From: Lepidodermella squamata
Taxonomy: Eukaryota > Animalia > Gastrotricha
Direction of reading: 5' to 3'
NCBI GenBank assembly: GCA_047495785.1
Contig: JBLDXI010000007.1
Location: 4,092,001 to 4,156,000 of the forward strand
DNA length: 64,000 nt
Shown here: one piece after another, positions 36,301 through 48,651 of the stretch
Layout of the letters: each line of letters opens with the position of its first letter
How positions within the stretch are numbered: the stretch's first letter is position 1
The notes under the pieces: model-generated
Databases searched by the model: none
Told to the model about the DNA's origin: nothing
What the model saw: only the letters and a program-made list of their open reading frames with translations
Made by a program: the position numbers and the translations under genes

Positions 36301-37399
36301 CGTCCAACTTTTCAAAAGAGATCATCCTCACGTCGACCGGCTACGACTACGAAGGCACGGCCGTGAAGACAACCAGCACGAACGAAACGTGCAGCCCGTG
36401 GGCAGAGCAATCTGTTTACGCAGATTTGGACCTCCCAGGTGGCAGCCTCAACGACTCGCAGAACGCGTGTCGCAATCCAAACTCGGGGCCTGGCCTGTCT
36501 TGTTTCGTTGGTAATTCGACGACGTTGTCAAACTGCTCGATGCGTACGCTCTCTCACAGTTTGCCTGCACATGTTTATGATTTATTGCTTGAATCTAGCG
36601 GTTAAAAATGAAACTCAGCCAGCAGTTCGTTATGTTCGCTGCATCAACACTCAGACGGGTGAATTCGTTAGCTGTCGCCAGAATACGTGTCGAGCGGGAG
36701 AAACAGCTCTCAGTGGTAAAGCTGATTTGAAAACCTGCAACCAAGGAGTAAGTTTCAATGGGAATATTCGAATAGTGTAGTCAAAACTCCATGACCTAGG
36801 TCCTGACCAGACATTTAGCCACTTGGACCAGACATCTGAGGTCTAGTGTTTAGGGACGCAAATCCATAGGTTCACTATATCGCACGTTTTTTCTTTTTCT
36901 TTTCGAGTATTCTGTTTATCTCATGGGGATAAGCTAACGTTTTCTACATCAGGTTGTAAAGCGGTGTTACACAGGAAATACATTCCGTTGTGTTGCAAAT
37001 GACATGAAGTGCGACAAGCCCGGCGAAACCGAAGTGAGTTTTTGTTTGATTCATGACAAACCAGTGTATTCTCTGTTTCCTACCTAGAGTACAACAACGG
37101 GGCCATTCAACTCCTACCGCTATTTCGCTCGCAATTGGCTCAACTGCCTGCACGTCGATGGCATGGTATGAACTTGTTAAGCCGAGTCGCTTTCCCTAAA
37201 TTCTGATATTTTGCAGAAGTACTATCAGTGCTTCAAAAAAGGCTCGTCCACCTTCGTCGACTGTCGCCGTGACAAATGTCACGATGACGAAGTAAGTAAC
37301 TGTTGGCCAGCTCTTTCCATGTAGTTTTATGCCCATTGTTTTTATCAGAACCCAGTCGGACCTTTAGGGACGCCGACGAGTTGCTATGCAAATAACTAG
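33387..37399 (+). CDS. Secreted astacin-like pseudo-protease with EGF, CUB, kringle and three 4-Cys repeats (multi-exon)
   Basis: Signal peptide; astacin remnants GFISELYRPD, FGLPFDYDS, DLLKINILYNC; EGF CENDGYPNP..C..CQCPFGFAGPLC; CUB CGG...SP...CSW; kringle GYDYEG...CSPW...NACRNP...CF. The 5' exon path is uncertain. Confidence 0.75.
34424..34742. mobile_element. Tc2/pogo-like MITE in an intron of the astacin-like gene
   Basis: Imperfect TIRs CCGGATTTCATCAAATAATAGCC vs CCGTATTTCTTCGAATAGTATCC, TA on both sides, internal TATT.TTCGAGG repeats. Confidence 0.65.
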
Positions 37400-38187
37400 C
37401 TCGGAGCTGCTATTTACGGCTGATTCTAGTTTACAAGCTGACTAATGAGATTAACACTCATGAGATGTATTTATCTGCTTCTTTGCCGCACGTTGATGTG
37501 ACTTTATTTATTTTTGTGACTCGCTGAGCGCTGATTTTAAGCGAAGTCATTTGCGAGTTGTATTCGCCGAAATGAAATAAATCGGAGAATTAGGCCAAGG
37601 GCCAAGCAGATTGGGCCGATGTTGCTATTTGTCCGAAAGGATTATCCCAATTCTGCTGGAGAAAATCATCTGCTCGCGGTTAGCTTGAAAATAGTACAGG
37701 TGTATATCAGATATGCAGGTGTATAAATCCCGAATCCATCTCAAGTCGGAGCGCCTGCGGTCGTGGAAGGAGCGCCTGGAGAAAACCAGAGCCACACATC
37801 ATACATAATCCCATGCAACTTTACCATGACGAGGTCTGATAATAACAGGTCGGCTATGTAACATCCTATTATTAAAGCTCTTGTTTCACTTGCACGAACG
37901 CATCGAGGAGCAGGATCCCAAGTGAAAGTTACAAGAGTACGGTGTTCACCCTTGCGGTATTTGAGAGGAAAGAACGACGACAAGCTGGAAACGACAAGCT
38001 GGTATGATTGGTTCGCACCGAGCCTAAACAATAAAATGATTCACCCTTATCATGAAATATTACCTAGGCGAAAGAAAATGAGCAATTTAGCAAAACAAAA
38101 ATAAGGAAAACAATTCACTGACATGCATACTTGGTTTTATTTCACGATTCATCAGTCGCTAGTTAGTTCACATGTTACTGCACTGAT

Positions 38188-39304
38188 TTAGTGACGGTGG
38201 TGGTTTTTCACTTGCTTGTTAGATTGAGTGGTAGAATTGGTCGCTGCTACTGTAACATTGCTACCAACAGTCGTCAACTCGTTAACAACAGTCGCATTGT
38301 AGCTGAGAGGCGAAGCAGTCGTAACACTGATCGTCGCATTGCCAGCAGCCATCGTCGCATTGGACCCATCGACAGGCGCAGCAATTGGCCTCTCCGCAGC
38401 AGGCTCAGCCTTCAGACCGGCCAACTGCATCATGGTCAATTGGCAACCAGGCGATTTGTTGCAGTTGTCATGGCAGCACGTGCACAGGTGGGAAGTTGTT
38501 TTTTGAGCTGGCATAACGGTTCGCGAGGCCATTTCGGAGCACACCATTGAAGCATCGTCATGCGGCGTCGGCGGAGTTGTCGGCGGTGGTGGTGGCAGAG
38601 TTTGGCCAGGGCATGGCGGGGCAGGTAATATCGGTCGTGGGAGGTCACAGTTCCACTGTAATTTCAAAAAACAAGGATTTATACGAATGACGCTTTATCT
38701 TAGCAACGGTTGCTATGCACTGCTTCACCCGCTCTAAATTCAGGAGAATTTAAGCAGTTTGTGATGTTATACATGTCTGGACCATGAAGGTTTTGAATGT
38801 CATAATAGCATTTTAAATGCATAGTCATTGTGACGTAGCATTATCCATAGCAACGGTTGCTAGGGTCAAGCGTCATTAAAAATGTTGCTCTAAAGCAACA
38901 TCGAAAGGGTTTGATCCAAGCCGTTGATTTTGAAACCAATAGCAACTCTCGCTGTGGTACAGAATTTATCGCAGACTCTTTCGATTTCAAGACAAAGACT
39001 AGGGTAAAGCTCAGTTACTCGCGACACGCGACACCTACCGTAAGAATTGTGATTGGCTTCGGGCCTTGCTCGGTGACAGTGCGAATTCGCTGGCAAGCCG
39101 CGCATCCACTTTCAAGGGTTGCATCCAGAGGCAACTCCTCAGAGGCGCCCTCTTCCATCAGCATCAAGCGAGCCGAGTAGCATTTCAAGGCTAAAAAAAG
39201 CAATCCATTTTTCGTCATTCGGCTGAGAAATCCAAAATTTTACCCGTTGCCGGGGTGTTGATCAGTGCCAACGAGGCAATAAGGAGGCCGAGCATAGCTT
39301 GCAT
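38188..39304 (-). CDS. Secreted Ly6/uPAR (three-finger)-like protein with Pro-rich insert and Ser/Thr tail, 3 exons
   Basis: MQAMLGLLIASLALINTPAT|ALKCY...CAAC.R...|WNC...CTCCHDNCN; no hydrophobic GPI tail. Confidence 0.6.
38686..38877. repeat. ~190-bp intronic foldback with ~34-bp arms
   Basis: AATGACGCTT...TAGCAACGGTTGCTATG and its reverse complement; each arm holds the quasi-palindrome TAGCAACGGTTGCTA. Confidence 0.6.
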
Positions 39305-39854
39305 TCCGCTACTTAACCGGGAAACGATAAATATTACTCACCGAGATTATGAAATAACGACACGACCAAGACTTAAATATCCCTTGCAGACTGTTTACTT
39401 GCACCTGCTTCAAGTAACCGATTTCATGTCTTCTTTTCCGTCTTTCCTTCTGGTATCTATTGTGTTTGCCTGCACCGGACAATGCCGCTGCGGTCGAAAA
39501 TAATAAGAGAGACATGTTTACTCTCTATGAAACCGGGCAATAAGTGGCCTGAGCGCAAAATCCCAACGGACACGCGCATTGTGCGTCGCAGAAATTGAGA
39601 TAATAATTACCGCGAATAAAATTTGAATGGAACCCAAAAAAATCGAGCTAATTTTAGAAAGTCAGTGCGTGCTATTGAGAGAAACGGAATAAAAATTAGT
39701 TTAAAATTCAGAAGCTGCCGATCATGGGCCACTCAATTTGATGCCAGATAATTACGCTCATTTTCCGAGTGCGCAATCGCAAAATCGCGTGACCTGCTTT
39801 GCTGCTTTGTGACCAGGAGAAAAATACTCAATCAACATCATTTAAATCATTTCC

Positions 39855-42016
39855 ATGGCTCTGTCACCGTCAACTATTTACATCGTTTTAGCAGTTCTAT
39901 CAGGGGCGTCACAGCAATCCGACTGTCAGGTTAAGGTTCATTCGGACCAGATGCCTCAGGAACAAACCGTGCCTTTGACTTCAAATGGCGAAATAGCTAC
40001 CCCAGCCCCGAGCCACACCCATATGCCTCCCACTCCGGCACCGCCTCCGCCGCCTCCAGTTTTTGAAGCACCCAGACCTGAGAGACCGAGGGGTGGCAAA
40101 ACACGAATGTTAGGTATCGGAGCCGCAACGAGTTTTCAGCATAATTTTGACGATGACGACCGGCCGTTCAACCCCGAGGCGCCAGCTGCTCCTGAGTTGA
40201 TGCGAAAGCTTTTCTCGAACTACCATAAGGCAGCCCAAGTAGACAGGCCTCTCATCGTTCACATGAACTTACTGTTAATCAAGGTCAAGTCAACAATTGA
40301 GAAAGACGGCATTCTCGAGTCTGTAATTGCCCTTTTCATCGAATGGAGAGATCGAAGACTCCAGTGGTAATGTGATTTTCCATTGATTTATAGATAATTG
40401 ATCGTGTATTTTCAGGGATCCTGAGGAATACGCCAATATTACGTACATTTCCCTGGATCCTGAGCAAGTTGGCACTCCAGATATTGTGGTAAGATTAGGT
40501 TGTTAGTAATTTTAACAAGTTTCACTGTTTATTTGCACACAGATGGCCAATTCTGCAGATCATTTGTACGAGATTACTCGTGATTACCGATTCAGTGTCC
40601 GAGTTTCAAGCGATGGATCTTTGAAATACGTCCCAACAGGAACAGCTCGAACGTGGTGTGATTTAAAGTTGGTAACCTTCCCATTCGATTATCAAAGTTG
40701 CTCACTCGAGTTTGAATCATGGTCTTTGGAAGCGTCATCTCTCACTTTCGATGGTCTTAGCGAACTCTTGGTAAGCATTTTACAACTATTTGACCTCATT
40801 GTGGACATTTCTTCTGACAGCTCGATACTTCGTTCATCTCGCAACTCTGGACTATCTGTAAATGGAAAGTCATCGTAAGTGGATTGCAATCAAAGTTACA
40901 GATAATTTAAATGATTTTTCCCAGACCTACAACCATACTTACTTCACGAATGAGACATTCACCCGACTACGCTACGATATTACGATTCGTCGAAAGTCGA
41001 CTTTCTACGTCATTAACTTGATCTTCCCTTGCGCGACTCTATCCCTAATTCAAATGTGCGTTTTCGTAATTTCATCTCAAGACACAACCGCAGATCGAAT
41101 TGGCTTTGGTACCACCAATCTACTTACCCTAGTCGTTTTTCAAACAATCGTCACTGAGGAGATGCCGAAGACGAGTGACGCAGTTACGGCTTTATCGAAA
41201 TACATCATAGCCCTCATCATTCTGTCTTCTATTGGAATTTTCGAGTCAGTCATAGTCGAGCGATTGCTAACCTCGACCAAAAGTCCCCCGCCCGAATTTG
41301 TTCGGCGTATATTCAAGCATATTCCATTGTTATTCCGAGATGTACCAGACCACGAAGCGGCCGAGGATGAAATGGAAGAAGATGAGGCTACCCCAATTGT
41401 CGACGCGCTTCACACCGACTTCTACCCGTCAACGAGTGGATACGCCTCTGATAATGATAAAGCAACTTTGTTACATCCAAGCCGTCGATTGAGCTTCGCA
41501 AAAGACCGAAAGCGCGAGCTATCGCCCGATTCATTATTCTGTCCTAATGCCGATGTTTCTCATGTTGAGTATTCGATACCGAGAAAGGTACCGCCAGCTT
41601 TTGAAGAGATGGACGCCCGTTGTACGCGAGATAATCTTCACGTGTTAGATGAGAATCTTGAGAATTCACGCCGAGCTGTCCAGCTGCCAAGTCGAGTTGG
41701 AAGGTCTGTCTCTCAAAATGCTTGTCTCTCCCATCATTGCTTGATGAGGTGTTTTGGCGATCACCCTGTTCGATTGTCTTCCGGTATCATCAAGCCGCCG
41801 GGAGGGGCTAAGGACACCCGAAGGGCTACGGCTTCCTCGCGATTGATTCTAGGCCTTAGAGCGAAGAATTCCAGACTGTGGAAGGAATTGGCCTTCAAGA
41901 TTGATGTTGTTATGTTTGTGATTTGTGCATTATTAGCTGGAATTATCCCTTTCTGGCTCTTCCTACCACTTGTAGCCCTGGATGGGGAAGATAGTCAGTG
42001 TCTTGGATCGGAGTAG
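39855..42016 (+). CDS. Cys-loop ligand-gated ion channel subunit (non-alpha nAChR/5-HT3-like), 5 exons
   Basis: Signal peptide, EWRDRRLQW|DP, Cys loop CDLKLVTFPFDYQSC, IRRKSTFYVINLIFP (M1), MPKTSD, M4 KIDVVMF. No vicinal CC in loop C. Confidence 0.9.
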
Positions 42017-42568
42017 ATAAAAATTGCTATTTTTGTCTTTATTGCTCGTGAAATTCTCTCCTTTTAAATACTGAATTGGAATGGAATCGCATGGAATGTG
42101 AACAGGAACGGGGCAGGAGTAATTGATGATTCGGTAAAATTCTGAATCAATTTCTTCCGGATTTTTTTCGGGTAGTGTTTCTTACATTCGAAAAAATTGG
42201 ACTTGGACTACTAAAAAAGCACGGGGACACCTCGAAGTTGTAATTTAGCGATAGTTATTAGCCTTCCAATCAGTGTTGTCGTGAAATGTTAATTATTCAA
42301 AATAAATCTTGTGCAGCTGAGAAAACCATTCCCCGCGGCTTGAAGAGTGACAAAACCGCACTTTGTATAATCTCACATCCTTGACACACATAGCCCGAGT
42401 CATTTACTGCGAGGCATCTGTATGTCTTACCTGGCAAACATGCGCAAGTCGGTAAACACAATGGCTGTGTGGCTAACATTTTAAAGTGCGCAAGCAATTA
42501 TCAATTTCATTGTGGTTAAACCCGAGTCGTCGTCGGCGCGCAAAACCACGGCGCAGTGACATGAAAAC

Positions 42569-43738
42569 ATGCTGCCTTGCAAAATAGCTTTACAGCCTAG
42601 CTGCTTACTTGCAATAACAATCAGCTCATGTTACTTCATTCAATCACTTGGTAAGATCCATATTTCAACAAAATTCACTCCTAATTATATCATTTTAGAG
42701 TCACAGTCAACCTCAACAGTTAAAGGACCCGTTTTTAGGCCTTTATTACACGATCTTGCATTTCCTATTCCAATCCACTCGGGGAAACCAGCTCAAAGGC
42801 CGGAGAATGACGCTAGTACAACCTCAACCGAAACCCCTCGATTATCAACTCGAAGAAGAAGGCGGAGATTACATAAATTCGGAGGGGGTTTAGCGATGGG
42901 GCCATCGAACCCTAACAACGCTTTACGACTCGTTTCAATGCAAGAAGAGAATTCGGTTCCAAACATCGACCCAGAAACAGCCGCGAATCTCAGAGAGATT
43001 TTTCGTAAAGAATGCGAGCATTTGAAGGAAGAAGCTGTTATATTGCAGCAGGCTGGTCCATCAATTCAGGCGCCACTAAACGATCCTATACTTGCAGTCG
43101 TAGAGCTTATTACTCCTAGACTAGCTACTACTAAGACTGAGGAAACTACTCAAAAGCCGGTACCAAAGGTTCTGGAAATCACTGGTCAGCATCAGGAACC
43201 TGTGAAGGAGGATCCTATGATGTCTGCAGTTTTTCTAGACACACTAATCAATAAGAATATGGTTGAAACCTTCCAAGACTGGGATAGGCCGGCTGATACA
43301 GGAGAGTTGCGGCTCATGGACGGCCCGGATCCGGCTTTCCAAACTACTCGGAAGTTATTTCGAGGAATGCTGAAGCAAGGAATTCCCGGGGCTACCTTCG
43401 ACTCAGATCCTGTGCCTGCAAACCCAAGTCAAAACGTTACTACAACGATTAAAGCTGAGCTGTTGAGGAACAGCACTATCCAGCCGCCTTTAGTTGTTGT
43501 CTACGAGCAGCCGTTGAACTTGCAGCATCAGTTCAAGCTGCATCCTGTACCCAACGAGAAAGGGATGGTGGTCAAGCTCGTACCGGAAGCGGGTACAGCA
43601 ACAACGGCGCAACTCGTCGACCAAAACACCTTAATGATCATCGCGATTGTAGGATTAGTGATAATAGCTAATTTGGTAGTAACAGGTAGCATTATGTGTT
43701 GTTTGTACTGCCCAGGATCCGCTTGTTATGTGAACTGA
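42569..43738 (+). CDS. Unknown single-pass membrane protein with Cys-rich short tail
   Basis: Signal-like N-terminus, probable in-frame intron near 42651-42698, RRRRRR site, C-terminal TM then MCCLYCPGSAC. Confidence 0.6.
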   Translation: MLPCKIALQPSCLLAITISSCYFIQSLGKIHISTKFTPNYIILESQSTSTVKGPVFRPLLHDLAFPIPIHSGKPAQRPENDASTTSTETPRLSTRRRRRRLHKFGGGLAMGPSNPNNALRLVSMQEENSVPNIDPETAANLREIFRKECEHLKEEAVILQQAGPSIQAPLNDPILAVVELITPRLATTKTEETTQKPVPKVLEITGQHQEPVKEDPMMSAVFLDTLINKNMVETFQDWDRPADTGELRLMDGPDPAFQTTRKLFRGMLKQGIPGATFDSDPVPANPSQNVTTTIKAELLRNSTIQPPLVVVYEQPLNLQHQFKLHPVPNEKGMVVKLVPEAGTATTAQLVDQNTLMIIAIVGLVIIANLVVTGSIMCCLYCPGSACYVN

Positions 43739-44723
43739 TTCTTTTCATTCGAATAAAATTCGCTCACGGTTTTTGCTAAGAACTTGATTGCTGCTTTTAA
43801 TTGTTTTGTTAAGATAATGGGGTTTTGTTGTTGACCAGTTCATTGTCATTATAAACTACCACAAATTGACGCAAAACAAAAGCGGCAGCGTAGTACTCTG
43901 GCATGTGTGCGCACGCGCGTTAAATTTAACACCGCGGTTGTACAATAAATGACACATATATTCCGCTCAAAGCCGGTGCTGCCACTCGGCCGCGCGATGG
44001 GCAGGCCGGGTTAGGGTTGAGCATACAAAGCGCTCCCAGTTCAAGGCAATGTGTAACGGTGTTGCTTCCGCCTAATGCGCATTTAGCACATTTTCAACTT
44101 TGAAAATTCATTCAATTTTAAGATAAGAAACTTAATTATGCGCTTATAAATTAATCTTCTCCTGTTTTTCAATACAGAGAGTTCTCCTAGTTTGGCTTTC
44201 CCAGATGCGGTTAAGGACCTGCCAAATCATGGCTAATTCGGTCTCAAAAGTCTCAAGTCTTATTTAGTGGCTGCGAAAAGGATTTTGAGAAGTGAAACTT
44301 TCATCCCCAACTTCCAACTAGTATTTTTTCTGATATTTCAGGGTTCCGTAATTCGAAATGAAAAACTGATTATTATATACATTAGAGAGTTAGCCTTCCC
44401 TTAATTACATTAGAAAGACCTGATTGTTCTTCCCATCATTATATTTCTTAGTTATTTCCAAACAATTTGAAATTTCAAGCGACTAAACTTTGAGAAAACT
44501 TGATAATTTCATATTACAGCCCATTCAATTAACACAGGGTTTTTTAAGCAAACGATTGGTTGTTATAAATGATTTTTTGGTAGTTAACAACATTTGTTTT
44601 GCTTTTATAGGATTGAGTTACAAATGAGCCCTTACTCCAGGCTAGCTTTTGCCCTCCTGGGGGCGATCCTAGGTGAGGGATATCATAATTTCTCCGAATG
44701 TATTTAACCTTCAAATTTTTCAG

Positions 44724-45241
44724 TAACTTTCGCCTCTGCAAACCCAACTGTCACAGAACCAGAGCAAAAGAAACCGGAAGGTGCCACCGTTACCGCAGCC
44801 AAACCTCAAAATGCCAAGGGCAAGCAGTCGTGGGGAAATCGCGAGGTTATCATTTTAGACACCGGCAGCCAACCGGCCATGTCTCCTGTTCAGCAACCTG
44901 TTGGCCAGGGCCAAGCCCAGGTTATTGTGATCCCAGCCGCGCCAGTCCCGCCTCCGCGAGCCCCGGCCCCGACTCAGTACGTCTTTCAGGAGGCTCCGAA
45001 GCCCCCGGCTCCTGATGTTATCGTCTACTACCGCGCTACATCCACTGCTAAAGCGGGTGAGTTGCATTATAGAAATTGTTTCCAGTTTTAAAAGATTCCA
45101 TTTGTTACAGCTGCTAATGACGATGGTATGATGATGGGAGGAATAATTGTTGGCATTATCGTCTTCATTCTCCTGCTGATTGGCATCGGAGTTTGCATCT
45201 ACTTCTGCTGCTTCAATCAGAATGGCTGTAATTGCTGCTAG
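44724..45241 (+). CDS. Pro-rich single-pass membrane protein with Cys-rich tail (first exon not located)
   Basis: Exons 44724-45056 and 45111-45241 give ...GIIVGIIVFILLLIGIGVCIYFCCFNQNGCNCC*. Confidence 0.6.
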
Positions 45242-45477
45242 GCCTTAACTATAAACGTTTAATTATAATTCACTTTCGTTCCAAATTCGAAATAAAAAGA
45301 TTACGCAAAAGCCACGGTAGTTACCGCACCCACATTATTCACAGAGCTTAATCTTATCAAACCTGGATGTATGAGGGCATCGATAAGATATATTTCGGGT
45401 GGAGTTTGTGATATCGTTAGTCATTGCGGCAGCCGGGATACACAATTATTAGGCAAATTTAGTTCAGAATTTTTTAA

Positions 45478-47704
45478 ATGTCTGGCTCATCAAAGGAACT
45501 AAGTGGAAGTCTCGGGAGTCTTCAAGTCAACAGTTCTCTCGATGATAAGAAGTTTATTCAAATCACCGTCGATGGGAATGTCATTGACTTCAAGCGAGAG
45601 GCAACTATTGGCCGAGGTGCTTTCGGTTCAGTTGAGTTATACGACTCGGCTAGAAGAGTGGCTATCAAACGAGTAGCTCTTGACATGAATTCAAGTGAGG
45701 AGGGCTCGAAAATGGCTAGTATGGCCCTAGCTGAGGCGAATGTCTTAGCAACTCTTAGCCATCGCAACATTGTCAGGGTTTTCAATGCCTGGCAAGGTTT
45801 GCTTGAGTCACTACCCGTCGAAACTTCTAACATGGGTGATTTTCAGAGAAGAAAAAACTATACATAGAACTAGAGTACTGTGGCGGTGGTAGTTTGCGGG
45901 CCGCTATCGAGAGAATGGTTTGGGAGCGAAGAGTTTTCCCGACCGAAAAGATCCGAAACTGGCTCGCCCAAACTGCGATTGGAATAGGCTACATCCACGA
46001 TATGGGGATAGTCCACAGAGATCTCAAACCAGACGTGAGTTTTCTCGATTTCGACTCATTTGCTGAAGAGTCTGCTTTCCTATCTAGAACTTGTTACTTT
46101 CTACTGACGGCGAAACTGTCAAAATTGCTGACTTCGGCACGGCTAAAATGAGATTCGCGTAATTCTCAGATCTGTTCCTCCCACCATTTCCATAAATTAT
46201 GCTATTAGGAGTGCTGCTTCGAACTCGACAGTTCATAGTGCTATAGGAACTGTTTTATACATGGCGCCTGAGGCTCTAGCTGTTAACGAAGTCAAAAGTG
46301 ATCCAAAAGTCGACGTCTGGGCATTTGGTATAACAGCATTTGAACTTGCGACTCTCGAGAAGCCTTGGATGGTTTCACGGAATCTTCCATCTTTCCAGCA
46401 AATGTTTCAGCTATACGTGAGACTAACAAACGAAGGGTAAGTCTATCTCCTATCTCATCCTACACGTTTCCCCATTTGACAAAAACCTTTGAATCAGAGC
46501 GATACCTGACAACATTGACAAGGTGGAGAAAATCCAAAACAGAGCCCTGAGAGTCCTAATTGAGAGAAAGCTGCTCAAGGTCAACCCTGACGAACGCGCA
46601 AGCATGCATTCCGTCATTACAGATCCGTTTTTCGAGGATGAAACTCGAAGGATGCAAGAAGGCAATGCAAACCACGTCCATGATCAGCTTCGAAAGCTGC
46701 GTAGACAGGTGAGCATCAGTCCCAAGTCTTAATTTTGCTTGAATTTCGCGTTACAGGTCGAGGAAGCAAAAGATTCAAAAGAAACTGTAAGTAGATTGGA
46801 AAATGAGCTGAAATCGGTCAAAGCCGAGAACGAAAAGTTGCGTGTCCTTATCACAAAACTGTCACCAACTTCAGTCCAAACAATGCTGGCGAATGATCCA
46901 GAAACAGTAAAAACTTCAAATGTTTCTACAGCAAACCTAATGGTGCCTATTTCAGGTTTTTCACGTAAATGGTATTTACCCATCTCTAGAATTGTCTGAA
47001 GAAGAAATTTTGCTGGAGCAAGAAAAGGTAAGAAAGGTCTTAATTCAAATCCTTGTTAATCCGTTTCTTTTCTTAAGGAATTCTTTTCTGCATGTATCCA
47101 AGGCAGTTTGCAAATTGTTGAATCTTATTTGGATGGTTCTAAGGGCGATACACTGTCCCTTATCAATACTACAACATCAATTTCCCGCCATGGTCGAAAT
47201 TTAGCTGGAAATTGGGTCTATAACGGGGATACATGCCTACACCCATGTTGCCGCTACGGTCACGCTTTGATAGTCGAGCTAATCCTAGTCGCCAAAATGA
47301 GCTTGGAACAAATGAACAACAGCTTGTCGAAAGATGCTGCCTTCAATGTTGTGAAAGAGTTCGCAAATCAAAAGAACGAATACGGAAACACAGCTTTGCA
47401 TCTCGCTGCAACAAATGGCTACCTTCCATGCGTGAAAATGATGTGTGAATTTCAGTGTGGCGACGTGAATGGCTGCCTTGTAGATTTGAATGCGAAAAAC
47501 AATGACGGCTGGACCCCGCTTCTTCTGGCGGTTGACAAGAATTTTCCCGAGATTGTGAAATATTTGCTATCAAAAGGAGCGAATGTTAACGAGAAGAACG
47601 ACGAAGGCAAAACGGCAATGATGATAGCTAAACAGTGGAAAAAGTCGGAACTTATTAAAATTTTAGACAAGCCGAAAATGTGGCTCACAATGACAGTCTC
47701 GTGA
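45478..47704 (+). CDS. Ser/Thr protein kinase (NEK-like motifs) + coiled coil + ankyrin repeats, multi-exon
   Basis: IGRGAFGSV, VAIK, HRDLKPD|N, IADFG, YMAPE, DVWAFG; heptads RLENELKSVKAENEKLR; ANK motifs GNTALHLAA, GWTPLLLAV, GKTAMMIA. Confidence 0.8.
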
Positions 47705-48065
47705 GCTCTGAAATCACTTGATTATTAAATTAATAAAAACTGCTTGATGACCCCGAAAAATCGAAATATTTAAACCAATTTGCGGACAGAATGTGCGATA
47801 TTTTCCCAGCCATTTCTAAGTTAATTGTTTTTTACACTTCGCGAGGTTCCAGTTTTAGTGACATGCAAACGCAAATATTGTTTTTTGCTCTTTTGGTGCC
47901 AAGCCAGGTAAAAACTTGGTTCAATAAACACCCACCTGACACGCGGCTTGATTCGACAGCTGCCTCGTCGAAGGAAATTTAATTCATTTCTCGCCATTTG
48001 CACGCAGCGAATAAAACTCATTATTCTCAAACTTCGACATCTCGAGAAAACTTCAGCTTTAAATC

Positions 48066-48651
48066 ATGATGAAATTACTGGTTTTAGCGACGATTGCCGT
48101 CCTATTTGTTGAGCAAGCTAACGGTTTGTTCTTAGTAATCGAATTGAATACTTCAATACGTTATTCCATGCAATTTTTAGCTGTGCAATGCGTCTCCCAT
48201 AGCGAAATTGTTGGCAATAACGTGCCTGGCAATGCTACGTCATGCAACGGGGATTACTGCTACAGAACATTGTCCATGCCAACAGATACCAAGAACCTCA
48301 CAGCTCGAGGCTGTTCTTCACAATGCGTTTGTAAGTCGCACTTTTCTGTCAGGAATCGTTAGCAAGAACTGTATGATGTAATATCGAATTTTACTTCCCT
48401 CACCCTTTCCCTAATCACTGTTAATGCGAAGTTTTAACCTTTTTCAGCTGGCGGTGTCAGAACAGGCAAGAATACCGGGCAGATGCAATATTGCTGCACA
48501 AGGTAAAAATACTTCAGGATTGAATCATTGCACATTGGCAAATTTTTCGATATACAGCAATAACTGCAATGCAGCTAGCGGAATCTTCTCCATCGAAGTA
48601 GCAATAGTTGTTTTCATCGCAGCCGCGGTTGGCGTATCTTTACGTCGATGA
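48066..48651 (+). CDS. GPI-type Ly6/uPAR three-finger protein, paralogue 1 (4 exons)
   Basis: Signal, VQC...SCNGDYCY...RGCSSQC...YCC.SNNCN, hydrophobic C-terminus. Confidence 0.8.
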
